This document shows, one piece after another, positions 35,916-46,800 of a DNA stretch of 64,000 nt. The translations under genes were made by a program, and so were the position numbers. Each line of letters starts with the position of its first letter. Position 1 is the stretch's first letter. Origin of the DNA: Dehalococcoidia bacterium (GTDB taxonomy: Bacteria > Chloroflexota > Dehalococcoidia > UBA2979); the NCBI GenBank assembly GCA_965262725.1, contig OZ253555.1, forward strand, positions 1,888,001 through 1,952,000. The letters are read 5' to 3'. Below the pieces are notes generated by a model that saw nothing but the letters and a program-made list of their open reading frames with translations, was not told the origin of the DNA and made no database searches.

Positions 35916-37833
35916 GTTCGCGGTAGGGATGCCGGTTGCCCGGCACCCCCCGCACAGATCCGGACGTGCCCTCTCGGGCATCCGGCTCCTACCTCAAGTG
36001 CGTGACGGCAAATCGCTCCGCAGGCCACGGGTGAAGGATGGAGATTCGGGGCCAGTGTTTCTGGCACAGGGCAAGGATGCGCTCCCACGTGAAACGGTCG
36101 CGCTGCGACCGCCGTCGGAGAACGCGCAGCCAGAGCCGCTTCACGAAACGAACAAACCGCGTGAGCGCCGGCGAGCTGGTCGGCACCGCGTAGTAGCCAA
36201 GCCACCCACGCAGTACCCGCCCCAGCCACTGCCCCGTCGTCACGGGGTTGTCGTGCATGCGCCGCCACAACTCGGCCTTGATGACCTTCAGCGTCCGGCG
36301 CATCCGCTTCGCAACGGGCTTGCGCCCCAGCCCGAATCTCCCGTCGCGTCGGGTCCGGCAGTAGTGCGTCATGCCGAGAAAGTCGAACGTTTCCGGTCGG
36401 CCCTCCCCGCGCTTCCGCCTGTTCGCCAGCGCGAACCTGCCGAACTCAAGTAGACGGGTCTTCTCCGGGTGCAGCTCCAGCCCGTAGGCCGCGAACCGCT
36501 CCCGGAGTGCCTCCATGAACCGCACCGCATCGCTGCGGTGCTGGAAACCCAGGACGAAGTCATCGGCATACCGCACGATGTACGCCTCGCCCCGGACCTC
36601 CCGCGGTCGCCACTCGCGCGCAAACCAGTCGTCGAGCACGTTGTGCAGGTACACGTTCGCAAGCAGCGGCGATATCGGCGCCCCCTGCGGCATCCCCCGC
36701 ACGAAATCGACTTCCGGCTCCGCGTCCATGACGCCGACGCTCAGCCACTTTCGTATCAGGCGCAACACCCGCTGGTCCCCGATGCGCATCTCCAGAAACG
36801 ACATCAGCCGCCCCCGGTCGATGCTGCCGAAGAACTCCCGGATGTCCACCTCGACAATCCAGCTGACCTTGCGCCGTTCGACCGCGTAGGCCAGTGCGTC
36901 CAGCGCGTCATGCGCCGAACGCCCCGGCCTGAAGCCATGCGAGAAGCCGTAGTAGCCCGACTCGTAAATCGGGTTCAAAAGATTGTCCACCACCGCCCGC
37001 TGAACGATCTTGTCCTCCAGCGAGACGATACCGAGCGGCCGTATTCCCCCGTCCGGCTTGGGTATCTCTACCCGCCTGACGGGCTTCGCCCGGTACGCTC
37101 CACGGTGTACGCGGCCATGCAGGTCGAGCAATCGCTCGTCCAGCCCGTCCCCGTATTCTCGCCACCTCACCCCGTCCACGCCCGGAGCCGCATCCCGCTT
37201 CAACGCGAGATACGCCTCCCGCAGCGCCTCCGGCGTGATGTGGTGCAAGAGCGCGGTGAGTTTCTCTCCCGGCTTCCGTTCCACGAACTGCCGTATCCTC
37301 TCCGCTCCGGGTGACACCGCACCCCGACTCTGCGTCCGGACCGTGCCGGTGCTTTGAGGATTCCTCTCGGTTGGGGCCCTTTGCTCCAGCGACTCCGCCG
37401 GGGCTCGCGCCCCCTTGTTCGCCGCCTTCATCGCTCGTACGGCCCCATCAGACTGCTGCGCATCGTTCATCATCGGCTACGGTTTACGTCCCTTCCCGAC
37501 GCGGTCCCGGCGTACGACTCGTCGGGACAACGCGCAGCTCTCCCAAGTCCCGGCGATAGACGTGTGTGCGTGCATGGGGTCTTCGACACCGTGGGGCCCG
37601 ACCACGACTCGCCAGTAGCGCCGTCGCCGGTATTGCCTTCGACCAATCCAAGAGCCTCGGCACCCCAAATGGCCCTTTCGATGCTCATTAGCCCCGCCCG
37701 CACACCCCGCTGCCGACGCTTCACAAGCCGCCTCGCGACGACCCGCGCACGGCTCGCGGAATGACATGAGTGGCTAGCTCTTTGCCATAGAGGACTTCCA
37801 CCTCCTGCCTACTCGCCAGTTAGCCTGGCGCTC
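35916..37833 (-). mobile_element. Complete group II intron A (1918 nt, bacterial class E-like) encoding an RT/maturase
   Basis: 5' end GAGCGCCAGG; domain V GAGCCGGATGCC...GGCACGTCCGGATC directly after the stop codon; domain VI ending CCCTACCGCGAAC; EBS1 TGGATT vs IBS1 GATCCA. Confidence 0.92.
35989..37473 (-). CDS. ltrA: Group II intron reverse transcriptase/maturase (no endonuclease domain)
   Basis: APGVDG, IPKPDGGIRPLGI, GFRPGRSAHDAL, GMPQGAPISPLLANVYL, YADD, FDFLG, X domain GWLGYYAVP. Confidence 0.95.
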   Translation of the reverse strand: MMNDAQQSDGAVRAMKAANKGARAPAESLEQRAPTERNPQSTGTVRTQSRGAVSPGAERIRQFVERKPGEKLTALLHHITPEALREAYLALKRDAAPGVDGVRWREYGDGLDERLLDLHGRVHRGAYRAKPVRRVEIPKPDGGIRPLGIVSLEDKIVQRAVVDNLLNPIYESGYYGFSHGFRPGRSAHDALDALAYAVERRKVSWIVEVDIREFFGSIDRGRLMSFLEMRIGDQRVLRLIRKWLSVGVMDAEPEVDFVRGMPQGAPISPLLANVYLHNVLDDWFAREWRPREVRGEAYIVRYADDFVLGFQHRSDAVRFMEALRERFAAYGLELHPEKTRLLEFGRFALANRRKRGEGRPETFDFLGMTHYCRTRRDGRFGLGRKPVAKRMRRTLKVIKAELWRRMHDNPVTTGQWLGRVLRGWLGYYAVPTSSPALTRFVRFVKRLWLRVLRRRSQRDRFTWERILALCQKHWPRISILHPWPAERFAVTHLR

Positions 37834-37844
37834 TGGATCAGGGC

Positions 37845-40800
37845 TTATTGACCTTCTCCGCTACTGCCGGGTGTCCCCTCGCCGGCACGCTCCCCGAGAG
37901 GCGGCTCGTGCTTGGCGATCAGTGGCGTAAGCGGGCGCACGCCGTCGGTGAACAGCTCGCGGAAGGGCGCATTGACGAAGGGCGGCGCCCCGAGGATGTA
38001 GGGGGTGAACTCGCTGTCGTGCAACGTGTAGAGAGCCGACACATGCTGGCTCTGCATACACGCCGCGAGTTCCCCGACGCTCCCCCCTTCATAGACGACG
38101 AGGTTGAAGCCCTCCACCATGGCGCCGTGCAAGCAGCCTGGCCAGGTCTCCGGTTCGCTGCCCGTCGGCGAGTGGATCTCGCCGGGTACGAGTCTCCCCT
38201 CTTGAGATTCGTTGCTTACGGCGACGAGTGGCGTGAGTGGGGCAAGGGCCTCGGCAAACAGCTCGCGGAACGGCTGATTCACAAACCTCGGCGCTCCCAG
38301 GATGTACGGAACGTATGCCCCATCGGCCAGGGCGTAGAGGGCCACGACCCCTCGGCTGAGCGCGCAAGCCTCCAGTTCTTCCACACTGCCGCCTGCATAG
38401 AGGACGAAGCTGAATCCGACGGCCAGTTCCCCAGACAGACAGACCGGCCGGACGCGGTAGACGGTCCTGCGGCTCCCGTCCGCCGAGATTACCGTGACTG
38501 TGATCTCGCCCTCTGGCTCGACTGCAACCTGGTGCCCATTCGCCGGGTCGGCGTCGCGGTCAGCTGGCTCTATGACGACCGTCGCGTCTTGCCGTCGAGC
38601 CTCCGCTTCGACCGTCGTCACGGTGAGGCCCGGCGTGATGAGCCCCCAGTAGTCAGTCGTGCCACGGAAGAATGCGTCGATCGACATACCGCTCAGCGAG
38701 AGTGAGGCGAGGCAGGTGTCGATGGATTTCGGCATGTCGTACCTGTAATGGCGCTCGTCCTGTGCGTCTGCGACGTACATCACGCCACAGTCCGACCAGA
38801 TGCCACGCGGGTCGCTGTTGCCCGCCCCCCGGAGCTGCGCGAAGTCCCTATCGCGGACGCGCACAAGCGCGCTCGCAGCGGGGCTACCCTGTGGGAAGGT
38901 GAGCGAGCCGGAGGCGGGGCGGTAGTCGGTCCCGGCGCGGGCGCTGCCATTGGCGGTGGTGTAGCCGACCGTGAGGTCGGCGCTGGGGATGACGCCGGTT
39001 GGTGACAGGGAGACGGGATAGGTCGCCGTAGCGCCCTCGTCCACCGAGGCGTCGCCCTCGAGGACAACGGTGATCGGATCAGAGGGCGCGATGGTGGCCG
39101 AGGCCTCGCCATTGTGCTCGTCGACGGTGACGCCGGTAGGGAGGTTGCCGCCTGCGGGGCCGAGGCTGACGGTGAGGGACTCGGCCAGCTCGGAGAGGTT
39201 GTCGTCTGCTAGGGCGAGCGTGATGGTCCGGGTGGCGCCGGCGACGGAGCCGACGGCGAAGGTCACCGGCATGGTGTTGACGACGCTGTCAGCGGACAGC
39301 ATGAACGAGCCGCTGGTGGGCCAGTAGTCGCGGCCCGCAACCGCATCTCCCGACACCGACCAGGCGACGCTCACCGCCGCCGCCACCTCAGCCGAGAGGG
39401 TGACGGTGAAGGTGACGTCGGAGCCCTCCTCGAGGTCACCTGCGGGAGCGCTGATCGCGAGCGTGGCGCGGTCGTCGTCCTCGAGGGTGATGGTGGCCTC
39501 AGTGACTGTGAGGCGGCCGCTGTGGACACCCTGCACGAGGATCGTCTCGTCACCCTCGACCACACTGTCGTCGCTGGGCGTGAGCAGGAAGCTGGTCGTG
39601 GCCGAGGGCCGGCCGGCGGCGATGGTGATGGCACCGAGGGGGGTCGCCGTGTAGTCGGCGCCGGAGCTGGCGCTGCCGCCCAGGCTGAGCCTGAGCGTGG
39701 TGTCCGTCGGCAGGGTGGCGCCTCCATGCATGGTCGCGGTCACGGTGAGGGTAGTGGCGGCGGAGCCCTCGGCGATACTGCGCTCGGAGACCGACAGGGC
39801 GATACCGCTGCGGGGTGCGTCGTCGTCGTTGATGGTGGTGGTCAACGGCGAACCGCTGACTGTCAGGGGCTCGCCCCCGCCGCCGGATGCGTCGCGGAGC
39901 TCGAGCGTGAAGGTCTCGCCGCGCTCGGCGGCGCCGTCCTCGATGGTGCTCACCTGTACGGTCTGCGCACTGCCGCCGCTCGCGGTGAAGGTGAGCGAGC
40001 CGGAGGCGGGGCGGTAGTCGGTCCCGGCGCGGGCGCTGCCATTGGCGGTGGTGTAGCCGACCGTGAGGTCGGCGCTGGGGATGACGCCGGTTGGTGACAG
40101 GGAGACGGGATAGGTCGCCGTAGCGCCCTCGTCCACCGAGGCGTCGCCCTCGAGGACAACGGTGATCGGATCAGAGGGCGCGATGGTGGCCGAGGCCTCG
40201 CCATTGTGCTCGTCGACGGTGACGCCGGTAGGGAGGTTGCCGCCTGCGGGGCCGAGGCTGACGGTGAGGGACTCGGCCAGCTCGGAGAGGTTGTCGTCTG
40301 CTAGGGCGAGCGTGATGGTCCGGGTGGCGCCGGCGACGGAGCCGACGGCGAAGGTCACCGGCATGGTGTTGACGACGCTGTCAGCGGACAGCATGAACGA
40401 GCCGCTGGTGGGCCAGTAGTCGCGGCCCGCAACCGCATCTCCCGACACCGACCAGGCGACGCTCACCGCCGCCGCCACCTCAGCCGAGAGGGTGACGGTG
40501 AAGGTGACGTCGGAGCCCTCCTCGAGGTCACCTGCGGGAGCGCTGATCGCGAGCGTGGCGCGGTCGTCGTCCTCGAGGGTGATGGTGGCCTCAGTGACTG
40601 TGAGGCGGCCGCTGTGGACACCCTGCACGAGGATCGTCTCGTCACCCTCGACCACACTGTCGTCGCTGGGCGTGAGCAGGAAGCTGGTCGTGGCCGAGGG
40701 CCGGCCGGCGGCGACGGTGATGGCACCGAGGGGGGTCGCCGTGTAGTCGGCGCCGGAGCTGGCGCTGCCGCCCAGGCTGAGCCTGAGCGTGGTGTCCGTC

Positions 40801-43800
40801 GGCAGGGTGGCGCCTCCATGCATGGTCGCGGTCACGGTGAGGGTAGTGGCGGCGGAGCCCTCGGCGATACTGCGCTCGGAGACCGACAGGGCGATACCGC
40901 TGCGGGGTGCGTCGTCGTCGTTGATGGTGGTGGTCAACGGCGAACCGCTGACTGTCAGGGGCTCGCCCCCGCCGCCGGATGCGTCGCGGAGCTCGAGCGT
41001 GAAGGTCTCGCCGCGCTCGGCGGCGCCGTCCTCGATGGTGCTCACCTCTACGGTCTGCGCGCTGCCGCCGCTCGCGGTGAAGGTGAGGAGTTCAAGCTGC
41101 CTGGGCACGGGCAGTGCGTAGGCGAAGAGCCTGTGGTCGGAGACCCAGATCGTGATGCCGTCGGACCACAGCCCGCGCGGGTCACCGTTGGCGCGGTGCA
41201 GGGAATACTTGGCGATCAGCTCGCCGCTCGATCGGATGTAGGCGAAGAGAGCGTCCTGGTTGGCGTCCAGCACCCACATGAGCTTCCCGTCGGACCAGAT
41301 ACCACGCGCAGCGCCGTTCTGGCCGACCAGTGCGAGTTCGCGGTCCTGCAGGCGCTCGCCGCTTTCGAGCTTGTAGGCGAAGAGTCGGTCCTGACCGCTG
41401 TCGGACACCCAGATCGTGACGCCGTCGGACCACAGGCCTCGCGGCGCGCGGTTGGTCTCATCGAGTTCAAACTCGCGCTCCTGGATCCGCTTGCCGCTGG
41501 CGAGGTCGTACGCATGGATGGCGTCGTCGGCACCCCGGACGTTCACGGCCTGCCACAGTATGTCGCCATCGGACCAGATGCCGGTCCAGCCGTAGCCGTC
41601 GCGCTCGACAGCTTCCGTTGAGGTCCGCTCAGGGGGGATACCCACAGGATCATCGGCGTCGGTGACGGTCACCGCCACCCCGGCGGCCTCGTCGTCGCTG
41701 ACGGTCACCGCCACCGCGGCGATGGTCGCGCCGTCGTACTCGTCGGCGCTGCGGGCGGCCACCACCGCGTGGGCGATGGACGCCGCGTCGTTCACCGCGT
41801 CGGCGTCCTCGGCGGCCCGCACCGTCACCGTCTGCGCCGTGCTCCAGTTGGCCCGGGTGAAGGTCAGCGTGGCCGGCGACGCCGTCACGTCGGCGCTGCC
41901 GCTCCTGGGCACGCTGATCACCACGTCGGAGGCGGGCTGGGCGTCCAGGACCACCGTGTAGGCGCCGCTGCCGCCCTCGGCCACCTCCAGCGTGGTTTCG
42001 GACACCGTCACCCCGGCGTCATCGTCGCTGACGGTCACCGCCACCGCGGCCACGGCGACGGCGTCGTACTCGTCGGCGCTGCGGGCGGCCACCACCGCGT
42101 GGGCGATGGACGCCGCGTCGTTCGCCGCGTCGGCGTCCTCGGCGGCCCGCACCGTCACCGTCTGCGCCGTGCTCCAGTTGGCCCGGGTGAAGGTCAGCGT
42201 GGCCGGCGACGCCGTCACGTCGGCGCTGCCGCTCCTGGTCACGCTGATCACCACGTCGGCGGCGGGCTGGGCGTCCAGGACCACCGTGTAGGCGCCGCTG
42301 CCGCCCTCGGCCACCGTCAGCGTGGTTTCGGACACCGTCACCCCGGCGGTCTCGTCGTCGCTGACGGTCACCGCCACCGCGGCCACGGCGACGGCGTCGA
42401 ACTCGTTGGCGCTGCTGGCGGCGTCGACGGCGTGGGTGATGGAGGCCGCGTCGTTCACCGCGTCGGCGTCCTCGGCGGCCCGCACCGTCACCGTCTGCGC
42501 CGTGCTCCAGTTGGCCCGGGTGAAGGTCAGCGTGGCCGGCGACGCCGTCACGTCGGCGCTGCCGCTCCTGGTCACGCTGATCACCACGTCGGCGGCGGGC
42601 TGGGCGTCCAGGACCACCGTGTAGGCGCCGCTGCCGCCCTCGGCCACCGTCAGCGTGGTTTCGGACACCGTCACCCCGGCGGTCTCGTCGCTGACGGTCA
42701 CCGCCACCGCGGCCACGGCGACGGCGTCGTACTCGTCGGCGCTGCGGGCGGCCACCACCGCGTGGGCGATGGACGCCGCGTCGTTCGCCGCGTCGGCGTC
42801 CTCGGCGGCCCGCACCGTCACCGTCTGCGCCGTGCTCCAGTTGGCCCGGGTGAAGGTCAGCGTGGCCGGCGACGCCGTCACGTCGGCGCTGCCGCTCCTG
42901 GTCACGCTGATCACCACGTCGGCGGCGGGCTGGGCGTCCAGGACCACCGTGTAGGCGCCGCTGCCGCCCTCGGCCACCGTCAGCGTGGTTTCGGACACCG
43001 TCACCCCGGCGTCATCGTCGCTGACGGTCACCGCCACCGCGGCCACGGCGACGGCGTCGTACTCGTCGGCGCTGCGGGCGGCCACCACCGCGTGGGCGAT
43101 GGACGCCGCGTCGTTCGCCGCGTCGGCGTCCTCGGCGGCCCGCACCGTCACCGTCTGCGCCGTGCTCCAGTTGGCCCGGGTGAAGGTCAGCGTGGCCGGC
43201 GACACCGTCACGTCGGCGCTGCCGCTCCTGGGCACGCTGATCACCACGTCGGAGGCGGGCTGGGCGTCCAGCTTCACCGTGTAGGCGCCGCTGCCGCCCT
43301 CGGCCACCTCCAGCGCGGTTTCGGACACCGTCACCCCGGCGTCATCGTCGCTGACGGTCACCGCCACCGCGGCGATGGTCGCGCCGTCGTACTCGTCGGC
43401 GCTGCGGGCGGCCACCACCGCGTGGGCGATGGACGCCGCGTCGTTCACCGCGTCGGCGTCCTCGGCGCCAGCCACCGTCACCGTCTGCGCCGTGCTCCAG
43501 TTGGCCCGGGTGAAGGTCAGCGTGGCCGGCGACGCCGTCACGTCGGCGCTGCCGCTCCTGCTCACGCTGATCACCACGTCGGCGGCGGGCTGGGCGTCCA
43601 GGACCACCGTGTAGGTTGCGTTGCCGCCCTCGGCCACCGTCAGCGCGGTTTCGGACACCGTCACCCCGGCGTCATCGTCGCTGACGGTCACCGCCACCGC
43701 GGCCACGGCGACGGCGTCGTACTCGTTGGCGCTGCGGGCGGCCACCACCGCGTGGGCGATGGACGCCGCGTCGTTCGCGGCGTCGGCGTCCTGGGCGGCC

Positions 43801-46800
43801 CGCACCGTCACCGTCTGCGCCGTGCTCCAGTTGCTCGGCGTGAAGGTCAGCGTGGCTGGCGACGCCGTCACGTCGGCGCTGCCGCTCCTGCTCACGCTGA
43901 TCACCACGTCGGAGGCGGGCTGGGCGTTGAGCTTCACCGTGTAGGCGCCGTTGCCGCCCTCGGCCACCGTCAGCGTGGACGCGGACACCGTCACCCCGGC
44001 GTCATCGTCGTCGGTGACGGTCACCGCCACCGCGGCCACGGCGACGGCGTCGTACTCGTTGGCGCTGCGGGCGGCCACCACCGCGTGGGCGATGGACGCC
44101 GCGTCGTTCGCGGCGTCGGCGTCCTGGGCGGCCCGCACCGTCACCGTCTGCGCCGTGCTCCAGTTGGCCCGGGTGAAGGTCAGCGTGGCCGGCGACGCTG
44201 TCACGTCGGCGCTGCCGCTCCTGGTCACGCTGATCACCACGTCGGCGGCGGGCTGGGCGTTGAGCTTCACCGTGTAGGCGCCGCTGCCGCCCTCGGCCAC
44301 CGTCAGCGTGGTTTCGGACACCGTCACCCCGGCGTCATCGTCGCTGACGGTCACCGCCACCGCGGCCACGGCGACGGCGTCGTACTCGTTGGCGCTGCGG
44401 GCGGCCACCACCGCGTGGGCGATGGACGCCGCGTCGTTCGCGGCGTCGGCGTCCTGGGCGGCCCGCACCGTCACCGTCTGCGCCGTGCTCCAGTTGGCCC
44501 GGGTGAAGGTCAGCGTGGCCGGCGACGCTGTCACGTCGGCGCTGCCGCTCCTGGTCACGCTGATCACCACGTCGGCGGCGGGCTGGGCGTTGAGCTTCAC
44601 CGTGTAGGCGCCGCTGCCGCCCTCGGCCACCGTCAGCGTGGTTTCGGACACCGTCACCCCGGCGTCATCGTCGCTGACGGTCACCGCCACCGCGGCCACG
44701 GCGACGGCGTCGTACTCGTTGGCGCTGCGGGCGGCCACCACCGCGTGGGCGATGGACGCCGCGTCGTTCGCGGCGTCGGCGTCCTGGGCGGCCCGCACCG
44801 TCACCGTCTGCGCCGTGCTCCAGTTGCTCGGCGTGAAGGTCAGCGTGGCTGGCGACGCCGTCACGTCGGCGCTGCCGCTCCTGCTCACGCTGATCACCAC
44901 GTCGGCGGCGGGCTGGGCGTTGAGCTTCACCGTGTAGGCGCCGTTGCCGCCCTCGGCCACCGTCAGCGCGGTTTCGGACACCGTCACCCCGGCGTCATCG
45001 TCGTCGCTGACGGTCACCGCCACCGCGGCCACGGCGACGGCGTCGTACTCGTTGGCGCTGCGGGCGGCCACCACCGCGTGGGCGATGGAACCCGTATCGT
45101 TCGCGGCGTCGGCGTCCTGGGCGGCCCGCACCGTCACCGTCTGCGCCGTGCTCCAGTTGCTCGGCGTGAAGGTCAGCGTGGCCGGCGACGCCGTCACGTC
45201 GGCGCTGCCGCTCCTGCTCACGCTGATCACCACGTCGGAGGCGGGCTGGGCGTTGAGCTTCACCGTGTAGGCGCCGTTGCCGCCCTCGGCCACCGTCAGC
45301 GTGGACGCGGACACCGTCACCCCGGCGTCATCGTCGTCGCTGACGGTCACCGCCACCGCGGCCACGGCGACGGCGTCGTACTCGTTGGCGCTGCGGGCGG
45401 CCACCACCGCGTGGGCGATGGAACCCGTATCGTTCACCGCGTCGGCGTCCTGGGCGGCCCGCACCGTCACCGTCTGCGCCGTGCTCCAGTTGCTCGGCGT
45501 GAAGGTCAGCGTGGCCGGCGACGCCGTCACGTCGGCGCTGCCGCTCCTGCTCACGCTGATCACCACGTCGGCGGCGGGCTGGGCGTCCAGGACCACCGTG
45601 TAGGTTGCGTTGCCGCCCTCGGCCACCGTCAGCGTGGTTTCGGACACCGTCACCCCGGCGTCATCGTCGCTGACGGTCACCGCCACCGCGGCCACGGCGA
45701 CGGCGTCGTACTCGTTGGCGCTGCGGGCGGCCACCACCGCGTGGGCGATGGAACCCGTATCGTTCACCGCGTCGGCGTCCTGGGCGGCCCGCACCGTCAC
45801 CGTCTGCGCCGTGCTCCAGTTGCTCGGCGTGAAGGTCAGCGTGGCTGGCGACGCCGTCACGTCGGCGCTGCCGCTCCTGCTCACGCTGATCACCACGTCG
45901 GAGGCGGGCTGGGCGTTGAGCTTCACCGTGTAGGCGCCGCTGCCGCCCTCGGCCACCTCCAGCGTGGTTTCGGACACCGTCACCCCGGCGTCATCGTCGT
46001 CGCTGACGGTCACCGCCACCGCGGCCACGGCGACGGCGTCGTACTCGTTGGCGCTGCGGGCGGCCACCACCGCGTGGGCGATGGACGCCGTATCGTTCAC
46101 CGCGTCGGCGTCCTGCGCGGCCCGCACCGTCACCGTCTGCGCCGTGCTCCAGTTGCTCGGCGTGAAGGTCAGCGTGGCCGGCGACGCCGTCACGTCGGCG
46201 CTGCCGCTCCTGCTCACGCTGATCACCACGTCGGAGGCGGGCTGGGCGTCCAGCTTCACCGTGTAGGTAGCGCTGCCGCCCTCGGCCACCGTCAGCGTGG
46301 TTTCGGACACCGTCACCCCGGCGTCATCGTCGCTGACGGTCACCGCCACCGCGGCCACGGCGACGGCGTCGTACTCGTTGGCGCTGCGGGCGGCCACCAC
46401 CGCGTGGGCGATGGACGCCGCGTCGTTCGCGGCGTCGGCGTCCTGGGCGGCCCGCACCGTCACCGTCTGCGCCGTGCTCCAGTTGCTCGGCGTGAAGGTC
46501 AGCGTGGCCGGCGACGCCGTCACGTCGGCGCTGCCGCTCCTGCTCACGCTGATCACCACGTCGGCGGCGGGCTGGGCGTTGAGCTTCACCGTGTAGGCGC
46601 CGTTGCCGCCCTCGGCCACCGTCAGCGTGGTTTCGGACACCGTCACCCCGGCGTCATCGTCGTCGCTGACGGTCACCGCCACCGCGGCCACGGCGACGGC
46701 GTCGTACTCGTTGGCGCTGCGGGCGGCCACCACCGCGTGGGCGATGGAACCCGTATCGTTCACCGCGTCGGCGTCCTGGGCGGCCCGCACCGTCACCGTC

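Noticed and set aside
33573-37473. Diversity-generating retroelement or retron (an RT near a pair of diverged repeats)
   Set aside because: The RT is a group II intron IEP inside a complete ribozyme. Differences between the 247-bp repeats are not adenine-specific, and the repeats lie within the IS1111 inverted repeats.
35916-37844. IStron (intron-IS fusion)
   Set aside because: The introns are inserted into the IS end with their own EBS/IBS pairings; the transposase is not carried inside an intron as in described IStrons.
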